Origin: Nitrososphaeraceae archaeon
Lineage (GTDB): Archaea > Thermoproteota > Nitrososphaeria > Nitrososphaerales > Nitrososphaeraceae
Direction: 5' to 3'
Length of the DNA: 24,000 nucleotides
Assembly: GCA_009377575.1 (NCBI GenBank)
Contig: WHTU01000002.1
Span: 110,937 to 134,936 of the forward strand
Shown here: piece by piece, positions 1 through 7,614 of the stretch
How the letters are laid out: each line of letters starts with the position of its first letter
Numbering within the stretch: position 1 is the first letter of the stretch
Made by a program: the position numbers and the translations under genes
Notes under the pieces: model-generated
The model's input: the letters and a program-made list of their open reading frames with translations, nothing else
Told to the model about the DNA's origin: nothing
The model's database searches: none

Positions 1-136
1 AGCTAGCTACTTAGCTCTTTCCTTTCTGATTGTAACTTCCATTGTTTGCCATTGCCAAGCTTCGCTGTCAGGTATCAAATATAGTTGGAATTGGAATCAT
101 GTCAAGGTTACTTAAGGATATAACTGAAAATTACTG

Positions 137-160
137 AAAAGATAAACAAAAAAGAAAAAG
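137..160 (-). terminator. Oligo-T tracts downstream of amoA
   Basis: In minus sense the sequence reads CCTTTTTCTTTTTTGTTTATCTTTT, starting about 18 nt after the amoA stop. Archaeal termination typically uses oligo-T runs. Confidence 0.5.
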
Positions 161-177
161 GATTGGCTGATTTAGGC

Positions 178-828
178 CTAGTCCCACTTACTCCAAGCGG
201 CCATCCATCTGTAAGTCCACGTATTGAGTTTTGCACCCAAAGCTGCGATTGGCACAGATAGCACGGCTCCCGCGCCAGCTCCTAAGGCTACTGGACTATT
301 ATAGAATTTACCGACTTGGGGTTCGATTGGGGTCATGTATGGAGGTAGCGTAGGTCTAGGATACTTGAATGCCATTTCTAACGGATCGCGTATAGTCAAT
401 AGGTTGATCATGTTAAACATCGGCAGTGAAAGTCCAACCAATGTTCCTCCTATTAGTATCGCAGCGTGTTTGTTCCTTCTTGTTGCCCAATATGTCAGGT
501 CCAGCAACATTGCAGATGGAATCCACACCGGTACCGCAACGAAGTCATATGGATATCCAAGAGCAAACCAAGCTCCTTTTGCAACCCACGTATAAATCGT
601 CATTATAGTGGCATAGTAGGTTGCTGTCCCCGGCACTCCCGTAAACAACATGTAATAGATGGCACCCACAACAAGCATCGTTGACTGCGATATAGAGAAC
701 ACGACGAATGAAGTCCACGCCCAATCAGTGTAGAATATGTAGTCTCCAGCATTAATAGTCAGCAGCGTGCTGTTAACAGCTACGACAACTATGAACAGAT
801 AATGCGTTGTGCGTCTTAGCCAGACCAT
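178..828 (-). CDS. amoA: Archaeal ammonia monooxygenase subunit A (216 aa)
   Basis: The translation MVWLRRTTHYLFIVVVAVNSTLLTINAGDYIFYTDWAWTS...KFYNSPVALGAGAGAV...NTWTYRWMAAWSKWD matches thaumarchaeal AmoA as I remember it, in sequence and in length. The ORF-track start at 834 is a TTG two codons upstream. I prefer the ATG at 826-828 because TTTATATA (852-859, minus sense) lies 23 nt upstream. Confidence 0.95.
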   Translation of the reverse strand: MVWLRRTTHYLFIVVVAVNSTLLTINAGDYIFYTDWAWTSFVVFSISQSTMLVVGAIYYMLFTGVPGTATYYATIMTIYTWVAKGAWFALGYPYDFVAVPVWIPSAMLLDLTYWATRRNKHAAILIGGTLVGLSLPMFNMINLLTIRDPLEMAFKYPRPTLPPYMTPIEPQVGKFYNSPVALGAGAGAVLSVPIAALGAKLNTWTYRWMAAWSKWD

Positions 829-851
829 TAACAACTTTCTCCTAGAGGTTG

Positions 852-859
852 TATATAAA
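852..859 (-). promoter_or_regulatory. TATA-box-like element of amoA (TTTATATA)
   Basis: An A/T octamer lies 23 nt upstream of the amoA ATG. This spacing fits an archaeal TATA box centred near -26 of a transcript that starts at or next to the start codon. Confidence 0.5.
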
Positions 860-938
860 ATTTTTCAACGCTCACAATAACTTGCCTAGAAAAAAGTGAG
901 ATTAAAAGGCGTAACTTCTCTAAAAAATAGAGAATAAA

Positions 939-1238
939 TCAGTACGGACGTAGAGGTTTTTCTGTTGCGATCTTCCACATCCAGAAGAAGCCAAGTGCTT
1001 CGATAACAGTAAGCACAGAGAGGGCATATATTCCACTTTGCAGGGGATACGCCCATGGATAAACAGTGACTCCTACATAAACACCGCCAGCTGTCGCAGC
1101 CCAACATAATGCTAAGCCTAAAACTAAGATACCTTTCATGTTTTCGACTCTGCGTCCGATCATCTTTTCTACGTCGTCTCTACTACCGCCGCCTTCAACC
1201 CGTCTTCCACCCGGTCCGAATCCCTTTGGTAAAGTCAT
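939..1238 (-). CDS. amoX: AmoX, small membrane protein linked to archaeal amo genes (99 aa from the internal ATG)
   Basis: It lies immediately upstream of amoA on the same strand, as amoX (ORF38) does in known AOA. It has two hydrophobic helices (GILVLGLALCWAATAGGVYVGV, IYALSVLTVIEALGFFWMW). The ORF track extends it to 1331, but ATTTAAAAA (1267-1275, minus sense) sits 28 nt upstream of the ATG at 1236-1238, which favours MTLPKGFGPGG as the N-terminus. Confidence 0.75.
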   Translation of the reverse strand: MTLPKGFGPGGRRVEGGGSRDDVEKMIGRRVENMKGILVLGLALCWAATAGGVYVGVTVYPWAYPLQSGIYALSVLTVIEALGFFWMWKIATEKPLRPY

Positions 1239-1266
1239 CTTATACAATACCTGATCAGTACTTACC

Positions 1267-1275
1267 TTTTTAAAT
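1267..1275 (-). promoter_or_regulatory. TATA-box-like element of amoX (ATTTAAAAA)
   Basis: It lies 28 nt upstream of the ATG at 1238, inside the longer ORF-track version of amoX. Confidence 0.4.
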
Positions 1276-1510
1276 TTTGCTGTGCGAATTGTAAATCGGT
1301 TTAAGTGGGTTATCAAAAATGGATCCCACATCCAGGATCATATTTATCCAAAGTCACGGTGAAAGGAAATTCTCTGGTAACAATGAATTATTTCAAAAAA
1401 TTTGATATATTAAAAACCGAGTAGTACGCTAAGGCGGATTTGGAGATGGCCAATCGAAAACAGCAAAATATATATCTTTGTTTCTTCTGGTATCGCTTAG
1501 AAACGACAAA

Positions 1511-2065
1511 ATGATTAACAAGGCTATAGTCTTGACAGGATTGGCTGCGGTATTAGTAATGTCTAGTGCATTCGCATTTATGCCTTCTGTAGAGGGACAT
1601 GGTGTTCAGGCCCAACTCCAGAGTAGGTTTGTGAGAATTCAAGATGAATCTTTTTCTGGTCAGACACTTCAGACCGGCGATGAGCTAACAGTAACTGGCA
1701 CACTTCAGAGCTTGGTAAATAGAGAACTTAGAGCCTGGTTGTCGCTATTCAGCGAATCGACAAACGCAGGCAATAGGTGGGAGTTTATAGCTCGTGACCC
1801 CCCCGGCAACGTCTTTGACATTGAACCAGAAGCTACAATACCATACTCACTAACCGTCACAGCGTTAGAACCAGGTATTTATCATGTCCATACACAACTC
1901 AATATTCAAGACATTGGTCCAGGACTGGGTCCAGGACAAACCGTACAAGTCACAGGCGAACCGATATTCAAGCCAGTTCCATGGGAGAATGTGATATATC
2001 AAGTAATATTGATAGGTGCAGGCTTAGGCGTAACTTTTGCGACCAGACCGTGGCAAGTGATCTAG
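1511..2065 (+). CDS. amoB: Archaeal ammonia monooxygenase subunit B (184 aa, with signal peptide)
   Basis: It carries HGVQAQLQSRF directly after a signal-peptide-like N-terminus, then SESTNAGNRWE, ARDPPGNVFDI, YHVHTQLN, GPGLGPGQT and a C-terminal TFATRPWQVI. The N-terminal His of the mature protein and the HxH motif match the PmoB/AmoB copper ligands. The ORF-track start at 1478 is a TTG just after a TATA-like tract, so I prefer the ATG at 1511. Confidence 0.9.
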   Translation: MINKAIVLTGLAAVLVMSSAFAFMPSVEGHGVQAQLQSRFVRIQDESFSGQTLQTGDELTVTGTLQSLVNRELRAWLSLFSESTNAGNRWEFIARDPPGNVFDIEPEATIPYSLTVTALEPGIYHVHTQLNIQDIGPGLGPGQTVQVTGEPIFKPVPWENVIYQVILIGAGLGVTFATRPWQVI

Positions 2066-2161
2066 TAATCACAGACGAACTTCCCTCATTTTTGTACCTG
2101 ATTAATAGTTAGCACATTGTCTTAATTAGAAAACTAATAAACCGCACTTTCGAAGCTTTTA

Positions 2162-3433
2162 TCAGCCTGAAATCTCATCAATCCCCATGTATTTCCTCAA
2201 GGGATGTGGTACATCTATCGATCCATCAGCACGCTGAAAGTTTTCGATAATTGCAACTAACGTTCTCCCGGTCGCGACCAGAGTGCTATTAAGGGTATGA
2301 ACTAAACGAGTCTCTTCATCAGGGCGATCTCTGAATCTTATTCGTAATCTCCTAGATTGATAGTCTAAACAGTTTGAGCTTGACACTATCTCCCTGTAAG
2401 AGTCTTGTCCTGGCATCCATGCTTCTATATCGTAAGTTTTCGAGGAAGTCTTGCCCATGTCCCCCGTGCACAACAGGACAGTCCGAACGGGGATTCCCAG
2501 TTCTTCATAAAATTTCTCGGCCAAGTCTACCATTTTCTGATGCTCCTTTTCTGAATCCTCCGGTCGCGTGAATATGAATTGTTCAACCTTGTCAAAATGA
2601 TGCACTCGGAAGATGCCTTTCGTATCCTTTCCATGCGCACCCGCTTCTTTTCTGAAACACGGACTGATACCAGCGTACTTCAAAGGGAGTGAAGCCCCTT
2701 CAAGAATTTCGTCCATATGCATCGCAGCCATTGCATGCTCTGAGGTGCCAATCATGTGTAAATCTTCTCCATGGATTTTGTAGATGACATGTTCAAAATC
2801 TTCCAATATGACTGCGCCCTCCATTGGCTCCCTTCTAATCATGTAAGGAGGTTGTATAGGTACGTATCCTTGATTTTCTAAGTAATCCACAGCAAACTGG
2901 AGCAGTCCAATATTCAGCTTAACTAGTGCATTCTTTAAGAAGTAAAACCGGGAGCCAGAAATTTTTGCAGCACGCTCTATATCAAATAGGTCCAACTTAG
3001 TTCCAAGATCAACATGATCAAGAGGAGAGAAATCGAACTTACTAGGTATTCCTATTGATCTAATTACGACATTTTCTTGCGGATTGGCACCTACCGGGAC
3101 TGAGCTGCTGACCAGATTAGGTAGACTCATTATCAAGTGCTTAAAGTTTGCATCTGTTCTTTCAAGATCTTTATCCAGTTCCAAAATTTTATCGCCGAGG
3201 GATTTCATCTCTCTGAGCTCTTCAGAGCAGTCCGCTCTAGTTTTCATCTTCTTCGCAATCATATGAGCAATCAGATTCTTCCGATGCCTTGCAGAATCGC
3301 TCTCGGAGATTAAAGTACGTCTTCTCTTATCTAGCGACAATAACTCATCTAACGGATATGTCAGGTTTCTTTGAATAAGCATTTGGCGTAGCCGTTCTGG
3401 ATCGTCTTTTAGAAGTCGTGGATCAATCATCAT
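2162..3433 (-). CDS. serS: Seryl-tRNA synthetase
   Basis: 423 aa with an N-terminal coiled-coil arm (MIDPRLLKDDPERLRQML...). Class II motifs are present: FRKEAGAHGKDTKGIFRVHHFDKVEQF and TLNSTLVATGRTLVAIIENFQ. Confidence 0.95.
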   Translation of the reverse strand: MMIDPRLLKDDPERLRQMLIQRNLTYPLDELLSLDKRRRTLISESDSARHRKNLIAHMIAKKMKTRADCSEELREMKSLGDKILELDKDLERTDANFKHLIMSLPNLVSSSVPVGANPQENVVIRSIGIPSKFDFSPLDHVDLGTKLDLFDIERAAKISGSRFYFLKNALVKLNIGLLQFAVDYLENQGYVPIQPPYMIRREPMEGAVILEDFEHVIYKIHGEDLHMIGTSEHAMAAMHMDEILEGASLPLKYAGISPCFRKEAGAHGKDTKGIFRVHHFDKVEQFIFTRPEDSEKEHQKMVDLAEKFYEELGIPVRTVLLCTGDMGKTSSKTYDIEAWMPGQDSYREIVSSSNCLDYQSRRLRIRFRDRPDEETRLVHTLNSTLVATGRTLVAIIENFQRADGSIDVPHPLRKYMGIDEISG

Positions 3434-3686
3434 TCAGCACCATTTTCCCAATCGAAATATGGCTCAAAACTTCGTCAACAGTATTGGAAACCGTCTCTAT
3501 AGAACCCTCAGTGCTGAATTCGATTAAAAGCATGTTCTCCGAAAGAGAATGCATATGCATTTCCAAACCTTGGGGAAAATTAATATTGTCAGCAATCAGT
3601 GACTTCATTATTGCATCTCTTTTGCCTTCATCTTCTAAATCAAGTTCTATATCTATGGTGATTTTATTAATGAGAGACTCTTGCAT
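3423..3686 (-). CDS. Pcc1-like KEOPS subunit (tentative), 87 aa
   Basis: The size and pattern (DAIMKSLIADN...LLIEFSTEGSIETVSNTVDEVLSHISIGKMV) resemble archaeal Pcc1/CTAG-family proteins. It overlaps serS by 11 nt and starts 1 nt after the upstream gene's stop, so it is part of an operon. The assignment is from memory of the family pattern only. Confidence 0.5.
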   Translation of the reverse strand: MQESLINKITIDIELDLEDEGKRDAIMKSLIADNINFPQGLEMHMHSLSENMLLIEFSTEGSIETVSNTVDEVLSHISIGKMVLNDD

Positions 3687-3687
3687 T

Positions 3688-5118
3688 TTAACTGGTCCTG
3701 GATGCAGCTTTCAAACATGAAACAAAGCTTTCCAAATCGCTAGGGGGGACCTCGCAACATGGCATATAGGGCCCATAAGGAAGGGGTAACGCGCTAGAAA
3801 CATTAAAACAACCAATTATCGCTGAGGCCATCTCTTTATGTTTTGGTAAGTCGTGCATACGACAACAATACTTGTACGTACCTGTTTGAGTTACTGTCCT
3901 GCCAATGAGGATCTTTTGCAAGAATTGTGGGGAGGATTCAAGGAGAGCTACAATATCTTCGAGGGCATGCTCAGCAACGGCGCCTTCTCCATTCATGAAG
4001 ACCATGTCTCTGTCAGTCCAAATCCTCCATTTCTCTCGGAATATAGTACTTATCGATTGTCTCTGATCGTCAAGATAACGACCGACGCTTTCTTCTGCTT
4101 TAGCTAACATTTCGAACCGGTCACCAAGGCAAACCGAAATTGCTACTCCTGATTTTTGTGCTCTACCACATATTTCAAGGAGATCTGAATACTCCCTTGC
4201 GTCACGAAGGGGGGTTCCCCGGTCTTCCATAAGTAAGGTGTAATTGATTCCACGTACGCCTTCTAAAGGTAGTCCCTCGGCGCCAGAACTGGTGGCAACG
4301 AATTTTGCAATCCCATCATAAAGTGACCATTTCTCCTGGTCCTGAAGATCGGCTAAGACTCTCCATTTTCCATTTTCCTTCAACTTGACCCCAGAATTTT
4401 CCACTATTGACCTAGCCCTCTGCAGGTTCCATGTTAATCCGTCAATATATGGAAAACGAGTCAGAGCGATTGCTTCGTGTATTGGCCTCCCTTCGCGTCC
4501 TACCATCATAAGATCATCTTGTTGACTTCGTATCAAACCTTGAGATTCTGCAACCTTAGCTATCTCAGCATTTATTCCCAAAAGTGACCTACCTTCTCCA
4601 CGATCCTGTCTCTCGCCAAGTGAAGACAGTACAGCCAGTACAGATAGATCCGAATTTTTGGTATCTAATGCTATCGAAAGTAGATAACAGATTCCTCCAG
4701 AGTTTATCTCTGACCAACCATTGAGCTCGTACCTGTTAATGTTCAGAACTCGCAGGCTATAGGCCTCATCAGATTCAGGGGCTATTTCATTTGATAGATG
4801 CCGGATCAGTATCCATTCGTTTTTAAGGCTCCTGTCGAGCTTTTCGACTGGCTCGTGTTCGAAATCTATCAAAAAACATAAATCGTATTCATCTGAAAAG
4901 GAGTTTCCAACACGTAGAGAATCCGTGATACTAGGAGCGCTTCTCAACACACATTTGGCGTTTAATCGTTCAAGAGTCTGGAAAATTATAGTACCTGCTG
5001 CTATCCCATCTGCGGATGGGCTCGATAGAATAAGGATCTTGCAGTCTTTTCGTATGAAGTCCCGAATTTTATCTGAAATAGACTTGAGATCATCGTCTAG
5101 CCTATTTCGCGGGATCAT
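3688..5118 (-). CDS. RecJ/Cdc45-like DHH-family protein with degenerate catalytic motifs
   Basis: 476 aa. The motif-I-like region reads ILILSSPSADGIAAGTIIFQTL and there is a RecJ-like SGGICYLLSIAL. No DHH tripeptide occurs anywhere in the translation; the corresponding position reads IRHLS. It lies directly downstream of rps15, a neighbourhood I recall for archaeal RecJ/GAN/Cdc45 homologues. Confidence 0.6.
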   Translation of the reverse strand: MIPRNRLDDDLKSISDKIRDFIRKDCKILILSSPSADGIAAGTIIFQTLERLNAKCVLRSAPSITDSLRVGNSFSDEYDLCFLIDFEHEPVEKLDRSLKNEWILIRHLSNEIAPESDEAYSLRVLNINRYELNGWSEINSGGICYLLSIALDTKNSDLSVLAVLSSLGERQDRGEGRSLLGINAEIAKVAESQGLIRSQQDDLMMVGREGRPIHEAIALTRFPYIDGLTWNLQRARSIVENSGVKLKENGKWRVLADLQDQEKWSLYDGIAKFVATSSGAEGLPLEGVRGINYTLLMEDRGTPLRDAREYSDLLEICGRAQKSGVAISVCLGDRFEMLAKAEESVGRYLDDQRQSISTIFREKWRIWTDRDMVFMNGEGAVAEHALEDIVALLESSPQFLQKILIGRTVTQTGTYKYCCRMHDLPKHKEMASAIIGCFNVSSALPLPYGPYMPCCEVPPSDLESFVSCLKAASRTS

Positions 5119-5133
5119 CGAGAAGTCGTGAGT

Positions 5134-5586
5134 TTATTGCGCCTGTGCTATAACCGCAGCATATTTCCAATTCTTGTCAATATTGTCCCTTTTCTTGTAA
5201 TACCTTGATAACCGATGGATCTTTGATTCGATGAGTTCAAGGGATCGCACATTTCTTCTATCGCTATTGTGGGTTCTGAGATGCCTTTGTAAGCCAAGGG
5301 CCTTTTTCACTAGCCTGTCGAGGTCTTCTGGCATATCCTGCTTAACACCGTTCTCTCTCAAAACATCAGTTATAGTTTTTCCCAAAATTGGTTTCACTAG
5401 TGGTATTCCATACTCATCCCTAAGAATGATACCAATTTGGGAAGCGGTTAGACCATCTTCCTTGTACATCTTAATTATATTCGATGTGAGGTCTGAATGA
5501 CTTGTGTTTACCCAAGTAGGCACACTTTTGGACGTAGGACGGGTCGAATGAGACTTGCCGCGAGTATGTGCATGCATTCGTGCCAT
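5134..5586 (-). CDS. rps15: 30S ribosomal protein S15 (uS15, eukaryotic S13e type), 150 aa
   Basis: MARMHAHTRGKSHSTRP...SQIGIILRDEYGIPLVKPILGKTI...PEDL...ESKIHRLSRYYKK is the canonical archaeal S15P pattern. The ORF-track extension to 5631 adds 15 non-conserved residues. Confidence 0.9.
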   Translation of the reverse strand: MARMHAHTRGKSHSTRPTSKSVPTWVNTSHSDLTSNIIKMYKEDGLTASQIGIILRDEYGIPLVKPILGKTITDVLRENGVKQDMPEDLDRLVKKALGLQRHLRTHNSDRRNVRSLELIESKIHRLSRYYKKRDNIDKNWKYAAVIAQAQ

Positions 5587-5689
5587 TGATAGACAACGTT
5601 CTGAGGGTCGACATCTAAATGTTACGGACATTGTAGAAGGAACAGGTTTTACAAAAAAGTTAAATAATCGAGATTCGAAAAATGATCAT

Positions 5690-6100
5690 ATGAATAAAGC
5701 CTACCTACTGACTCTATCCATTACGGCATTACTCATGGCAACTGCATTCATTCTGCCTGGTATTCAGACAGCTAATGCTCAGTACACCGGGGGATCGGAA
5801 GCGGGAAGTGTTGAGGAACAGCTGAAACTTGCTAGGGAGAAAACATCACTTGCTCAGCAACAAGGTGCATATGGCTCCGGAACTTCTATGGTTAGCGGTA
5901 CACTTGACAACACTGTACTATTTATCATAGTACTCGTAGTAATATTTGGAGGGGTTGCAGCTGCATTCTTCGCCAAGTCTAGAGGGGCGAGAAAGGCGGC
6001 TACATCGCAATCTACACGGCAGAGTGAACCGGATTGGAAGTTAGAAGCTCAAAGATACAAAGACGAACTTGAAGCTATGAAAAGAAATCAGAATAGATAA
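5690..6100 (+). CDS. Hypothetical secreted, membrane-anchored protein (136 aa)
   Basis: It has a signal peptide (MNKAYLLTLSITALLMATAFILPGIQTANA/Q), a C-terminal TM helix (VLFIIVLVVIFGGVAAAFFA) and a charged tail. TTAAATAA (5660-5667) lies 22 nt upstream of the ATG at 5690. The ORF-track start at 5555 overlaps the divergent rps15 gene. Confidence 0.6.
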   Translation: MNKAYLLTLSITALLMATAFILPGIQTANAQYTGGSEAGSVEEQLKLAREKTSLAQQQGAYGSGTSMVSGTLDNTVLFIIVLVVIFGGVAAAFFAKSRGARKAATSQSTRQSEPDWKLEAQRYKDELEAMKRNQNR

Positions 6101-6117
6101 GGATACTGAACAACACC

Positions 6118-6140
6118 TTTCCTTCTTTTTGAGTATTTTT
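6118..6140 (+). terminator. T-rich tract after the 5690-6100 gene
   Basis: TTTCCTTCTTTTTGAGTATTTTT begins 18 nt after the stop codon. Confidence 0.4.
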
Positions 6141-6292
6141 ACTGTCGAGTACTCTTAGCAAGATTATTTTTTGCTAAAAATGTATAGTTACCGGTTCTGA
6201 TAAAGATGAGTAAGTTCGACATATGAGGCGCGGATCTACACGTGCGAACCAAAATGTATATATCATAGATTTTATTTGGATTATATCGTAAT

Positions 6293-6571
6293 ATGAGCGC
6301 CATTCTAAGCCTTGTGGGAATGTTCAGCACCGGATTGGAGAGTCTTCTGAAGCAGGTAGGACCAGCGTATGACCCATTGTTCTTCGATGTAATGGTATAC
6401 ATATTTGGGACAATGCTTTTCGCAGTTTTCCTCCTGAGCGTAATTGCATTTTGGCTCAGACGAAAAGGACTTGGGGGAGGTTCAGCTAAAGAAAAATGGA
6501 CTCAAGAATTAGAGACTTACTTCGAACGTGAACAGATAGGTCTTATTCCGGACGAAAAACACCACTGGTAA
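6293..6571 (+). CDS. Hypothetical single-pass membrane protein (92 aa)
   Basis: It has one clear TM helix (VMVYIFGTMLFAVFLLSVIAFWL) and a charged C-terminus. TATATA lies at 6257-6262 upstream and a T-rich tract follows the stop. Confidence 0.5.
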   Translation: MSAILSLVGMFSTGLESLLKQVGPAYDPLFFDVMVYIFGTMLFAVFLLSVIAFWLRRKGLGGGSAKEKWTQELETYFEREQIGLIPDEKHHW

Positions 6572-6591
6572 TGTGATCACTCACTCAAAAA

Positions 6592-6617
6592 TTTCTTTTA
6601 TTTGTTTTCTTTAATTC
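6592..6617 (+). terminator. T-rich tract after the 6293-6571 gene
   Basis: TTTCTTTTATTTGTTTTCTTTAATTC begins about 20 nt after the stop codon. Confidence 0.4.
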
Positions 6618-6723
6618 TGGTATGATAAACTTGTTGGCATTATGATGTAAACATTAGCCTTAATGTCATCGAGGGTGTTATAGCTAGAGTTAACAGGAAA
6701 GATTGTTGAAAGCCTATTCAGAA

Positions 6724-7614
6724 TCAGAATCTTCGAACGATCTTTGGTCGTAACATCTCAGGGTGGCTCTTCAATTCATGAATCAGCCTCTGAAGCCTTG
6801 GTTTTTCGGTTGGTAGTGTCCCGCCGATGCTGTAAACGTTTGAAGCGTGATTTGCTCTAAAGATTACTTCTCTGGTTGGATCAAATAGCGTGACTAGCCT
6901 TTCCAGTTCGTCCAAGATCTCCAAATCAGTTAACCAGGAAAATGGCTCCTTAAACTTGGATATGAACTCACCATAAACATTTTCGTCAAGGTGGAGATTG
7001 AGAGCCGCAAGAAAGTGAGGGCTAATTTGACTCACAACCCTGGCGGTATCTAAAATGTGTGCATCGGTATAGGTTTTGCCACCCAAGCCGAGGATAACCA
7101 TGCAAGAGAGTGTGAATTCGTGATCTATTGCCTTCTTGCAACTTTCGATAATCATCGATGAAGATGCGCCCTTTGTAACCCTTTGCAGTACGACGTCATT
7201 TCCACTCTCTATCCCGACATATAACATGCTTAGACCTCGATTTCGCAATACTTCGAGTTCTGAGTCCTTTTTCTGTAGCAAATTCCTTGGCATCGCATAG
7301 CATGAAATTCGTTTAAGACTCTCAAATTCAAGAGTCAAATAGTCTAATATTTCTACTAGCCTTTCAGTCTTAACATTCAATGCATCCCCGTCGGCAAGAA
7401 AGACTTTTTCTGTAAGGGGCTGGGATTTAGAAATTAAATCTATTTCATATTTGATCTCCTCCAATGACCTCTCTTGATAGGTTTTTGTTCGGTACATGTT
7501 ACAGAATGAGCAATGATTAAATGAGCACCCCAACGTAATCTGTATGATAGTTGAGTTTGCCTCTGAAGGAGGTCTGTAAAGGGGATAATCATATATTATT
7601 TCATCCAAAGACAT
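6724..7614 (-). CDS. Radical SAM superfamily enzyme, function unassigned
   Basis: 296 aa. It has an N-terminal cluster motif GCSFNHCSFCNMY, a glycine-rich SAM-binding-like FLADGDAL, and YVGIESGND, typical of the radical SAM TIM-barrel core. Confidence 0.85.
   Translation of the reverse strand: MSLDEIIYDYPLYRPPSEANSTIIQITLGCSFNHCSFCNMYRTKTYQERSLEEIKYEIDLISKSQPLTEKVFLADGDALNVKTERLVEILDYLTLEFESLKRISCYAMPRNLLQKKDSELEVLRNRGLSMLYVGIESGNDVVLQRVTKGASSSMIIESCKKAIDHEFTLSCMVILGLGGKTYTDAHILDTARVVSQISPHFLAALNLHLDENVYGEFISKFKEPFSWLTDLEILDELERLVTLFDPTREVIFRANHASNVYSIGGTLPTEKPRLQRLIHELKSHPEMLRPKIVRRF

Noticed and set aside
1-177. A possible gene fragment (for example amoC) at the left edge of the window
   Set aside because: All frames on both strands are interrupted by stops within about 26 codons. 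The region is best explained as the amoA 3' flank and terminator.
335-684. Three plus-strand ORFs (86, 60 and 72 aa) inside amoA
   Set aside because: They are antisense shadow ORFs within a gene whose minus-strand product is unmistakably AmoA. Their translations are Cys/Arg/Ser-rich nonsense.
886-1107. A 73 aa minus-strand ORF overlapping amoX in another frame
   Set aside because: It is an alternative frame of amoX and the amoX-amoA spacer. It would run through the amoA TATA region, and its composition is not protein-like.
6139-6402. An 87 aa minus-strand ORF in the gap before, and overlapping, the 6293-6571 gene
   Set aside because: It overlaps the terminator tract of the upstream gene and the promoter and 5' end of the plus-strand membrane protein. 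Its composition is odd and it has no start context.
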